DNA of 64,000 nucleotides from Paecilomyces variotii (Eukaryota): NCBI GenBank assembly GCA_004022145.1, contig RCNU01000004.1; one strand, 5' to 3'. Shown piece by piece: positions 27,137 to 37,576 of this stretch (position 1 is its first letter; each line of letters starts with the position of its first letter). The notes under the pieces were generated by a model. It saw only the letters and a program-made list of their open reading frames with translations, ran no database searches and was not told where the DNA came from. The position numbers and the translations under genes were made by a program.

Positions 27137-27392
27137 TAGTATTTACTCGTGCCAGCTGCCTAATAATAAAAGTTAACTTTTATCTATAACATGAAATAAC
27201 TGTAGATATTAGGAGATTTGTGCTGTTAAATTCTGCCAGTCTATCTCTATTATTAATCCTTTTCAATAATAATAATATAAGGGCGTTGTCAATATTTGCT
27301 ACCTTGAATAGGGCCGACAAGAATTCAGGAGCCGCATTAACTAACTAGTGTGAATTATAATTCACGAGAGTAATTCAATGTTTTCCCTGAGA

Positions 27393-27690
27393 CTACGTAA
27401 GGCCTGAAGTCCTTAGCATGCTAGTAAAGTTTCCATGCTTCGTTTCAACAACACAGACTGCCTTGAATCCGAATTTGGAGTATAGTCGTATACTAGTAGG
27501 AGAGGATAAAACAAGGGCGTCTAGTGCATTCTAATCAACATTATCACAGAAAATCTTCATCAGCATGGACCTAACACCTTGACGTTGGTGATTTGGATCC
27601 ACAGCCATGAAAGTGATTTCTAACGTAGAAGGTCAGCAAGGCCCGGGAAAATCCAAGTCGACTGATGGTTTACGGCATATTCCATTGCCT
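27393..27690 (-). pseudogene. 5'-truncated GNAT N-acetyltransferase relic
   Basis: Minus-strand translation ITFMAVDPNHQRQGVRSMLMKIFCDNVD*NALDALVLSSPTSIRLYSKFGFKAV contains GNAT motifs A and B, an internal TAG and an upstream intron (GTAAAC...GCTGAC...TAG). Confidence 0.75.
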
Positions 27691-27863
27691 TGACAGTGGG
27701 CGGGGGTGGGGAGGGTTGTGGTGTCCATCGTGAGGGTTGTTGTTGTGGATGAGGAGGTTGGAGAGGATGATAGTGGGTGGGCTCGTAATGGTTAGATGAG
27801 TACAGGGACCACTACAGGGGCGGCGATAATAAAAACACCACTATTATTCATCAGTCTGGAGTA

Positions 27864-29736
27864 ACGTAATTCCCGACCGACCTGATCACCCGCCTGACCT
27901 GATTACCCCAAACACCTAGATGAAATACTGTCCGATTTTACTACCTAAATAGCAGTGTAATTTAACAATATTTTATTGCTATATTAATTAGGACATCTAA
28001 CTTTAGTATAGCCCCTAATATTATAATTTAAATATATCAGTGGTACCCGCTGGCGCAGTTATATAGTTAAATTACCTAATCCCTCTATAGTGCTAGTAAG
28101 AGTTTTATTGGCTTTATTATTCTTCTATATAAGAGCTTAATCTTTTTTAATACTTAAACCCTATATAACACCTATTTAATAATTAGATTATTACTTTTTT
28201 TGCTGGAGTTCTTTATTAGTTAGATATAAATTCTGATTCTTATATATTATAAGGGTTTTTTTATTTATTAGGTATTTATATTATTAAATAAAATAATCTA
28301 GGACTAGCTGATTAGCAGATAGAGGATTTTAGGTTTATTTTTTAAATAAGCCTTAAAGTATAGTCCTATACTTCTCTAAATCTTTATAATTCTATAATAT
28401 TTTAGATAGAGAAACTATAGAAGCAGTTAATTAGCTTTTTAGTAATATAGGAGTAGTTAGTTAAATAGTAAACTGTCTAAATATTTCTTCTAGGTTAAAA
28501 GGGATTAAACCAGTTATTTTAAATCTGCTTTTAATAGTATCTAAAATAAATATTTAGGCGCGAGCTCTAGGATAAATACTTAGGAAGTTAAGCTTATTAA
28601 TATAATTAAACCCCTAACAGTATTTATCCTGAACTAAGCAATTATATACTCCTTTTAAAGGCCTAAAACAGTTAATATCTAAAGGTTAATAGAAAGCTAA
28701 TAAATATAATAATATATAGACTAAAATAATATTATATTTATTATATATCTTATTAAATTTTAGGATTAAATAATTGCTGTGCCCGTTTAAAATAAGAAAT
28801 AAATATTATTTAATCTTTTAATAAGCTATCTAAGATATAAAAACCTTTTTAAGCTAATATAATCTAATCTGGTCTATAGTCTAGCTATTATTGCTAATTT
28901 TAATTCTCTAGTCTTTTAGTATATTAAGATCCTTATATTAGCCTTAAATATAGGTTTTGCCTTTAAAAATAATATATGGTAATATTGCCTAGCCTGTAGA
29001 GTTAATATATTTAATTAATATAATCTATTCGCGATTATCTAGTTAGGTAACTTAATGCTTTTTATAATATTTAGTTTATATTATTACCTTAATAGTAGCA
29101 GTAAGGCCTATTATATATCTAGTTTTATTAAAGTTATAGATATTTTTATTTATAATTCTATATTTTATTCTAGTTATTTAAATAGTATTAAAATAGGGTT
29201 TAATAATCTTTAGGTCTTTATATTTAGCTTACTAATAGAAGTATTATTTAGAATAAATACTTTTTAGTTTAGGGCGATATTTAATAAATATAGATATTTA
29301 GTTTTTCCCTAGCTAAATCCCGCTATTTTAACCTATAAGAAGACTGTCTATCTCTTAGATTTACGCAGGCTAAGGACTTAATCCCTATGAATCTATAGAT
29401 AGTATTTATTATATAAATAATTTCTGCTATGTTTTGTTCAATTTAGATATATTATTAGGGATATTATAATAAAATTAATATTCTTAAAGTCTTATCTGAA
29501 GGGTTATATAAGGAATATTAAAAATTGATACTGCCTTTTATATAGAGGGAATTTAATTTTTTTTTAAAGCTTTAATTATTAATAAGACCCTCCCCTCTTA
29601 CTCAGTATGATTTTTTAATAAAATAGGCTTTTTTAGTAGTATAGTGGGTGATTAAATAAAACTGATTTAATAATCGCGAGGGAAGCTTATAGGGTGATCA
29701 GGTCGGGCGGGTGATCAGATCGGTCGGGAATTACGT
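27864..29736 (-). mobile_element. Full-length (1873 bp) Fot1/Pot2-like pogo transposon, inactivated by RIP
   Basis: TA|ACGTAATTCCCGACCGA...TCGGTCGGGAATTACGT|TA ends. Decayed DDE transposase motifs on the minus strand (YNF[D][E]T[G], LIL[D]GHS, [Q]PLD..CF[G]PLK) can be restored by reverting transitions. Strong TpA excess. Confidence 0.92.
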
Positions 29737-30113
29737 TACTGCAGGCTTAACAGTCTAAATCAGAACTAGAATCGCCCATTTATGTAGACCATAGTTGATC
29801 TAGCGCTTGAATCGTCATTCGGCGTGGACTCTTCCGCCTGTCTATCCCGTGGTAGTCTCTTGCTGACCGCCGCTCGCGTGCACCGTTTCGATTCCATGGC
29901 AGCTTCTCTTCGTTCCAATCATTCGCCTTGCCTCTTTTGATCATCAGGAGTTTTCAGTAGCTCCATTCATCTGTTTCAAGATATTCGATAATTGGCCTGG
30001 ACTGGGTTTTCTTTTGCCAATCGCTTATACGATCGACCTTTAGGGCCAGCATCAGATGATAACCGGCGTCTAAAATCAATTCCATGAAATCAATTCCTAT
30101 CGAGTCCATCTCC

Positions 30114-32523
30114 TTATTGAAACATATTCACTTCGGGGTTCACGTCGAAGAAGTCCATAGAAATGGGTTGTCCGCTGACCCAATCATCCAAAATATCAAA
30201 AACGTCCGAGGGACCCAGCCCATCAGTGGGGTCTTGTCCTTGGGTTGGCTGGAATACTCCAGGGCGTAATATAGACTGGCCTGGTGTGTCCATCAAGCGT
30301 AGGCAATCATTCCGCTGATTATAAAAGCCTAACGGCGAGCTCCTGGGCCTGGACAATTCTTTTGCCAGTCGAACAAATGCGCTGCATATCTGAAAAAGAC
30401 GTTCTGCTGCTTTGGACGCCACTCGCGCATTTTGCAAGGTGCTGAGGACATCCTCCAGAAGCTTGACATCTTCAGGATTATGTGCTCCTATCGCATGCAG
30501 AAAAGTAACAATAAAAGGAGTGAAGGATGAAAATAAAAGAATGCTGGATATGTCAGCTGGGGAAGAACATGAAGAGGGAGAGTTAGGTGCTGACAAATTG
30601 ACATAGTCGATATCCGACAAGAGTCTCGTCTCCTGATATTGAGGAAGGCATCGCAGGTGTGACTGCAAGCTCAGACGTGCTGCATGGAAACATTGTGAAT
30701 TGATCTGTACTGCCCCCCCCGGACCTGGCGACGCACGAAAAAGTGCTGTCAAAGTAGAGTAAAACATTATGTCCCAGTTTCCCCGAGACAGGTGAAATAC
30801 TTGTGGGTTATTTACACCACTCGAGTTGATCTGCAAATAAATGTCAGTCACCATGTAACTAGCCAACCATGTGAATTAATCCGACATGATTTACTTCTTC
30901 AAGTTCAATACGCCATTGCTCTAGGAGAGAGGAAAGACGACTAATATCTGCTGACCGTTCGGACAGTGATTTCTTCAGTCCCGTCGCGGAGTACAGGGCA
31001 GTATAGATCTGGCCCTGGAGGCTCGCTAGTTTGATACCCAAGATGAAAGATTCATCCCATGGCCGTAAAGTGGGATCAGATGAAGCTTCAGGGTAACCTG
31101 TATCGATGTCAAAGTCCTGAATACGCGAAGCCCGCCCCAGCAAAAGAGATATGTTCTTGTCAAAGGCATATACCGTCCAAAATAAGCGACGGATATTGTC
31201 AGAACTTTCGGCTCTGGGTTCTTGGTAAGTAATTTCGCGGTGATAACCGAGTGTTTGGCAGTGAGTGGCGGCCGAAGAGATCAGGGTGCAATAGAGGAAA
31301 GGTTTGGCTTCTTCCTGTGCCTTGATAGCCTGGGAAACGACGTTAATAATTGTCCGTTTGCATTTTCCTTTGCCAAAGCGAGTTTATTATTACCCCCATT
31401 ACCAGGGCCAAAACATTTTCAAAACATGGTACTGCTAGGATGTCGTATGTTTCAAGCCCAGATATTAAATTTCGGTCACACTGAGCTAGATGGGCTTTGA
31501 AGTCAAACTCTTCACAGAGTGGGTCCTTCAATGCCATGTACTCCTTGAGTAGAAAATAAAGAATTCCGTGCATGCTTGTTAATTGGCCGACAGTGACGGA
31601 CGTCATTGGAAAGTAGACGTTCTGGCATAGTCGCTCGACAAATGCTAGATCACTAACAGCATAGGATGAGAGAAACAGCGGGCGGCGGGCTGCAAATATT
31701 AGTCTTCTCAAGGCCTGCAACTCCGACTATTTGGACACATGCATACTTTTGAATCGTTGTAGGATGCCAATGACCAATGCCACCGGCAAAAGTTTCACTG
31801 CTGGCATCGATTGCAAAGCAGAGTTGCCAAAAGAATGATGATACCTTGAAGGTGATTCTCGAAGAAGACTTTGCAAATGATCCAAAGACTCTTTGATGTT
31901 TGACTCATCTCTCGGATCATTAGACTCGGCAGTCATTTCAACGGCTTTACTGGCTTGGAAGGACTGGAAGCTAAAGGAAGAACCACCTTCAAATAGCTGA
32001 TTCTCCCCAGCTGATGGGGAAGCTCTGACCTCGAGTTCACTCGTGCTTCTTTCCAGTCTGGGCGAAGTTGTCTGTGGTTCCCCGGCAGTATGGGAATTGG
32101 CAAACCGGGCCTCGAGGCTTCTTAGGCGCTTTTCGAGACGTGATACATGTGACTCCCTGATAAAGTTGATAATAAGCTTCGCTTTTAATCGAGTTTGGCT
32201 CTCAGATTTACTTACAGATGCTTGATTCGATCAGACCTGGGTCGACTTTCTGGCTTGTCGCAGGAATTTTGACAAGCAATACCAGATGTGCGGCAATGGG
32301 AGCATGGGACCGTACGATCACATCGAATCTTGGGTTGGCTTTAATTTTACGCGTGTTCATCAAATTGCCTTACAAGGAGATGCCTCACCTTGCGAATCCT
32401 ACATCCTTCACACTGAGGCGAGCGTTAGTCTAGTTTTCAAGCAATGGGGCATCGGGGTATTACCGCTCGGGGGATAGAGGCGAGTCGCTGTTGCCTCGCT
32501 TCAATTGTCTCCTCTGTGTTCAT
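30114..32523 (-). CDS. Zn(II)2Cys6 transcription factor with fungal-specific TF (Fungal_trans) domain, intact, multi-exon
   Basis: The spliced N-terminus gives RACEGCRIRKIRCDRTVPCSHCRTSGIAC, then a coiled coil and RRLFWTVYAFDKNISLLLGR. All exons join in frame with GT-AG introns. Confidence 0.9.
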
Positions 32524-32610
32524 TTCGGAGTGTCGGTAATGGACACATGAGTTTTCAATGATAACTAATAACTAGATAACCGTTTAAATTGTTTTCGAGG
32601 AAGAAGAGAT

Positions 32611-32730
32611 GGGGCGGGCATCCGGGCCCGCGGGGCCGGATCTCCGAATCTACGAAGCTCCGCGATCCCGGCCGATGTTAACGTACAGTACAGTCAAATC
32701 CCATAAGTTTAACACAGGGCAGCCGATAAA
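32611..32730. promoter_or_regulatory. CGG/CCG-rich putative Zn2Cys6 binding cluster in the divergent TF/cofilin promoter
   Basis: CGGGCATCCGGGCCCGCGGGGCCGGATCTCCG followed by further CCG triplets in an otherwise AT-rich 356-bp intergenic region. Confidence 0.5.
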
Positions 32731-32879
32731 ATGTCTCAATTAATGTTCCATGGGGACTCATTTTTGCCAAATACTGCTACCTGGAGCAGTTACTACTTCT
32801 TTGGAGTAAACCCTTGATCATTTTTCCTTTATCAGGCTCAGCATTTCTGTCCGGATTGACACTCTCTGTCACCGCCAAC

Positions 32880-33592
32880 ATGTCGGTCAGTGTACTACCT
32901 ATACCTTTCATCTGAGTTTATCAATCGGCCACTTACCATGCCATGAAACATTAGATTCCATCAGGGTGTGTTACAATTCACAAGATCCTCATACTGAGAA
33001 CCCTATATTAATCTCCAACAATAGCGTTGATGTACCGAACGAATGTGTTGCCGCTTTCAAGGAGCTCCTATATAAAAGAGGCGCCGACAAACTTGCCTTT
33101 GTGATTTACAAAATCTCCGACGACAAAAGATCCATCGTTGTGGAGGAAAGCTCTTCTGAAAAGAGCTATGAAGTATTCCTCCAAAAGCTCACTTCGTCTG
33201 TTGACCATGAAGGAAAACGTGCACCTCGTTATGCAGTATACGACGTGGAGTATGACCTGAACAACGACGGTCGAAGGTATATTATGATTTTGGGTGGCTT
33301 CTCAGAGTACTACGGGATCATCTTTAACCAATTATCTCTAGAGCAACCACGGTCTTTATCAGTTGGGTACCCGAGGAAACATCTACCATGGTAAATCCAC
33401 TTAAAACCCCAGTATTCCATTACTATCAGTGCCATCTGACCCAATTTCCAGTTTCGCATGTTATATGCCGCTACCAAGGAGCAACTCCGAAGAGCGCTTG
33501 ATGTCAAGGTTTCAATTCACGCAGATCATCCATCGGATATAGAATGGAAGACGGTCTTGAGAGAAGCTAGTGGAGGGCGAGTTCGAGTCTAG
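32880..33592 (+). CDS. ADF/cofilin, diverged paralog-like copy, 5 exons including two N-terminal micro-exons
   Basis: Exons ATGTCG | ATTCCATCAGG | ... give MSIPSGVDVPNEC...FVIYKISDDK...APRYAVYDVEYDL...VFISWVP...MLYAATKEQL...SIHAD...DIEWKTVLREASGG, with TAG at 33590-33592. Confidence 0.9.
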
Positions 33593-33759
33593 GTTTTGAT
33601 CGGTGCTATTAACAGCTCCCAACTTTCATTTTCAGCCATTCTTATCTGCATAATGGTCCCTGGCAAAATTCTGCTATCACTTGCACGGCCTTCACTCGTA
33701 TTCTCTTTGGTACTGTAAATAATTTCACTGATAGCTAAGGATGATGTACTGTACCATGA

Positions 33760-34128
33760 CTACTTATTCTAGGCTTGGCGTTGGTCAGTGGATCGGGCCC
33801 ACGGATCCGCGGGAGCGTATCCTCCTTTCTAAGACTGGCCTGTTGCAACCAGAGGTCGAGTATACATACATACGAGCTCGAACTGGGTCCGGATATGGTC
33901 CCTCGTCCAGGAGATTCCGAAGTAGAATGCTTCAGTCTTTACACGGTTGATGAAGTACTTGAGGCTTTGAATCAGCCACTTTTTAAGCCAAATAGTGCGA
34001 TAGTTGTGGTTGAGTTCCTCGTTCAATATGGAATCTTGACTGAGGAGAATGAATCGGAATATTCCGAAATCGTATCACACCTATATCGCAAACTTGAATT
34101 TCCTATTTCGATTCAAACGTCTGTGTGA
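33760..34128 (+). pseudogene. C-terminal fragment of a YJR142W-like (thiamine pyrophosphokinase-related) Nudix hydrolase
   Basis: TGLLQPEVEYTY and ELEL...PRPGDSEVECF...FKPNSA...GILTEENE...LYRKLEFP lie in different frames, separated by a 4-bp duplication (TATACATACATAC, 33861-33873). No N-terminal half. Confidence 0.7.
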
Positions 34129-34189
34129 AAATAACTTTGTACGATATGGGACGTACTATTCGATGGACTGACTACATATTGTTTTTATC

Positions 34190-35611
34190 TTACATGTTCA
34201 GCTTCTTACCATCCTCATCGTCCACACCAACTGAAAGAAGGGTCTGCCACATAGGGTCCCTTTCTAGAGCATCCATATGATCACTCCGCAACATAACCAT
34301 TATCTCGAGCATTTCCTGAGGCACACCCCGCTGGCGAGGCAGAATAAGAGCAACCCCATCTGCTTCCATAGAAGGCAACCTCACGAACTTCGGCCTCCCA
34401 ATCCCGTCACCAAAATCCATTTCATACAGCCCAAGGTCAGCCCAGCTTGTGATCGTAAAATCACGGGATCTAAAGAGATCCCAACCCACAAAGAGAGACT
34501 TAGTGCAGTCCTCCATAAGATCAATTAGGCGGTATACCTCCGCGATATGACGCGAATTAATCTCGAAATGTGATTGGGATCGGGTAATTTGATCGCAGAT
34601 CTTAGCAAGCGACCTCACAGGGGCTTCGTCAGATGCAGCTAAGGTACCGGCTGGAAGCTTCGAAAGAGCGTAAAACACTGCGTTTCCAAAAAATGGAGAT
34701 CGGAGGGTCGAGAAGCTTTCGCCAATTCGCTGCCGGCCATTCACTGCCGTTGCCAATTGAGTTGTCTCATTTTCAAGAGATGGGTTGGATTGCATTCGTA
34801 CCCGGGTGACTGTGGTCCAGATAAGTGCGCATATCACGGTATTTGTGGTCAGAGCTGTCGATGTATACCTGCGCATAAGCTCCTTTAGAATATCAATCCA
34901 GTGTATCGAAATCGCAAAAAGCTTGCATCTGCACGACGGGAAATTCTCTGGTAGAGCGGGTGGTGTTTTCGAGTATTCAGGGTGCAGAGAAAACAGATCT
35001 TCAGACGACATAGCTGAGGTCGCTTGGAGGTCAAATGACAACGCTTCTGAGAGCCGTTCGGATCTATTCTGCGACGAACTTGAGAAAGTGAACCTTGGGT
35101 CGGCGACATTTCGAGACCACAGTCGTATAATCTCTGACAATCCAGTCCCGTCGACAGCGTTGTGATGAAGGCAGACACACAAACCCACGCCTTGATCCGC
35201 GAAGCCAAAGACGCTCGCAGCGAAAACAGGAGCACCCGTCGCGAAGAGAGCATCGTCTATCATGCTTGGAACTGGCCATACGTCTGATGGAATTGCCTCT
35301 ATGGGCATTCTGTGAGACGATGCCCATCTGTATGTATTTGCTATAGTCCCTTTGACGATAAGAGTTGGCGTATTGTTCGCATCCCATCGGATCTCGAGAG
35401 AAGACGGCTTTTCTGGAGTTGCTGGTCTTGGAAAGACTTGTCCAGATAACCATCGAACTTGTTTTGAAAGTCTATCAAGACCACCTTGGAGGCTTTGAGT
35501 GATTTGTAACCTCGAGCCTGTTGGTCCAAAAACCAAAAGAACCCTAATATAGGTTCTAGGCATGGGCAAATCTAGCGGCGCCAGTCGCTCAACATGGGTA
35601 GAATCGTTCAT
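34190..35611 (-). CDS. CoA-dependent O-acyl/acetyltransferase (Tri101/BAHD-like transferase family), intronless, intact
   Basis: 473-aa ORF with catalytic HxxxD (HHNAVDG) and a DFGWG-like motif (TSWADLGLYEMDFGDG). Confidence 0.9.
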   Translation of the reverse strand: MNDSTHVERLAPLDLPMPRTYIRVLLVFGPTGSRLQITQSLQGGLDRLSKQVRWLSGQVFPRPATPEKPSSLEIRWDANNTPTLIVKGTIANTYRWASSHRMPIEAIPSDVWPVPSMIDDALFATGAPVFAASVFGFADQGVGLCVCLHHNAVDGTGLSEIIRLWSRNVADPRFTFSSSSQNRSERLSEALSFDLQATSAMSSEDLFSLHPEYSKTPPALPENFPSCRCKLFAISIHWIDILKELMRRYTSTALTTNTVICALIWTTVTRVRMQSNPSLENETTQLATAVNGRQRIGESFSTLRSPFFGNAVFYALSKLPAGTLAASDEAPVRSLAKICDQITRSQSHFEINSRHIAEVYRLIDLMEDCTKSLFVGWDLFRSRDFTITSWADLGLYEMDFGDGIGRPKFVRLPSMEADGVALILPRQRGVPQEMLEIMVMLRSDHMDALERDPMWQTLLSVGVDDEDGKKLNM

Positions 35612-35752
35612 TGTTTTCGATGAGAATACTCAAAGACCAAAAATTGACATCACTGATAACCGAGACTTTATATTAAGGGATGAAGAGCATGGGAAGACTT
35701 CACTAATAATCTTCGGCTGCCTGGGCCCGCGGCCCCGTGGTCTCGGAGATGC

Positions 35753-35969
35753 GGGTGGCTACTTCAGAGATTGCAAAACAAAAAGCGGACAACAATAGCT
35801 GAACAGAGAGAAGAATCGGTGGAGCTCAGCCTAAGAGAATCTTTACCAGAGCCAAGACAACTTAGCAAGGTATAACTGGCTAGAGCAGCTACAGGAGGCA
35901 CCTGTATAAGACAAAGACGTATATTAGCTACAAGGCAGAACATGAACACTTTTTGTCAGGAGAAAAGCA
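35753..35969 (+). repeat. Degenerate direct duplicate of the 3' end and 3' UTR of the S1 nuclease gene (38380-38662)
   Basis: Shared blocks CTTCAGAGATTGCAA, GAATCGGTGGAGCTCAGCC, CCAGAGCCAAGACAACTTAGCAAGGTA and CGTATATTAGCTACAAGGCAGAACAT, with two internal deletions. Confidence 0.92.
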
Positions 35970-36109
35970 ATGTGGACTGGAGCCACAATCTACCCGATTG
36001 CTCTTCAAAATGGTCTTTATGTTTCGTTAAGAGATATCAGAATACAGCTCATACCCGGAGCAGATATTCCGTACAGCTTGACGTAGACGATGAGACGAGA
36101 CGATTTGAC

Positions 36110-36705
36110 AAAACCGATACGTTCATAATTGTCCAACGCGATGTATAAGCTAAATAGAAAATTGGTGGGTCATCATGCCGATTGACGAAACTCGACGAAT
36201 AGTTAGTGGAATGGGCTCATGACAACAAGATCAAAGTCCATCTTGACGGCGCTAGGATATGGGAAGCTACCGCCTCTGGAGCGGGATCTTCGCCTGAATA
36301 CTGCAGTCTTTTACACAGCACAAGCCTTCGCTTTGTTTCTCAAAGGGCCTAGGTGCCCCGATTGGTAGCATGGTCGTGGGTTCAGAAGAGTTCATCGAGC
36401 AGGCCCGTTGGTTTCGTGAATAAATTGGGTGAGGCATCCGTCAGCCTGGAGTACTATTATCTACAGCCGCCGGAGTGGCCATGGCTCTAATGGAGAAGGA
36501 GGAAAAACTGGAGGCTACCTATGACAAAGCCCAAATGGTTGCTGATATGTGTACCTCCAGAGGAGGAAGACTGACACTACTTGTGCGGACAAATACCTAT
36601 GGTCTGGTTAAGTCTGGCATAAGCTAGGCTGGGGCCCAATGATGTGTCTGAGGCTGCAGCAGAGAATGGTTACCAACTGAGAGGTTGTGGTATTGTAATT
36701 CACTA
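36110..36705 (+). pseudogene. Low-specificity L-threonine aldolase (GLY1-like) relic
   Basis: VHNCPTR, KVHLDGARIWEA and [13 protein letters not shown] (PLP lysine) are recognisable. ARWFRE*IG*GIRQPG carries stops at 36421 and 36430, and there are frameshifts. Confidence 0.85.
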
Positions 36706-37576
36706 TTGTAAGAACCTCCAATCCTTTGTTGAGTGGAAATGAAGATGCGGTTGATCACCAGGTGGAAAATATCGATGATTGAGAGACAGCCAGATATTTG
36801 TACTGACAGAAAAAAAAAGGCAGCCGGACAGAAGATTCCTCACATCTATATACCTAAGTATATAGAAAGTGGTTAACGTCATAAATGCCAGTTCTCCATG
36901 GTATATATACAGCAATTTACTTATTGCCTCCAAGATCAATGTCTTGCATGCATGAATCAAGTAAGAATAAATTCTGATTCATTAGCACTAAATAAATGAA
37001 GCCATCTAAGGTAACATTCGAGATTGGGGCGCGGCCGGAGTCCGTACGGAGCAGTATTAGGGCACAATCTCGTATCAGCCTATCGTCAAGTGCCCGATAA
37101 CCACGAGGTTACATCTATAAGATAAACTAGCCAGCAAACATATACTTGCCCCCTTCCAGAAGCAACTAATTCTAAGTCGATCATTTGTTATGAAACTAGA
37201 CGCCAATTGATAACGAGGATCGCGACTTGCATACCCTTTTTAGTCACTTTTTTCACTTTTCAAGACTGGGCAGTTCCCTGCATGTCGGCGAGCTCAAATT
37301 GCAACGGGAGATCGTTCCAGGCTATTCTATAGCAATGATTGGTAGCATTCTAGAGATTCTTTAGATAACGCAGCTGCCCAGAAACTAATTAATCCTCGAT
37401 ATGCTATCTTTTCTATTATGGATCCTGCTATCGAATATACGTCCGTCCCGCCCTTGTCGGGGTACGAAGTTTAAAAGAGGAAGTGGTCGTCCCTCGGCTG
37501 ATACCAACTACAACGTTCTTTCGCGTCCACATTACCATCTAATGACCTCTTAAATACTGGATGTTCAGGGAAAGAA

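Noticed and set aside
30114..35611. Secondary-metabolite biosynthetic cluster
   Set aside because: No PKS, NRPS, terpene synthase or other core enzyme anywhere in the window.
26700..37050. Starship or Helitron as carrier of the island
   Set aside because: No tyrosine-recombinase captain, Rep/helicase remnant or defined termini could be seen.
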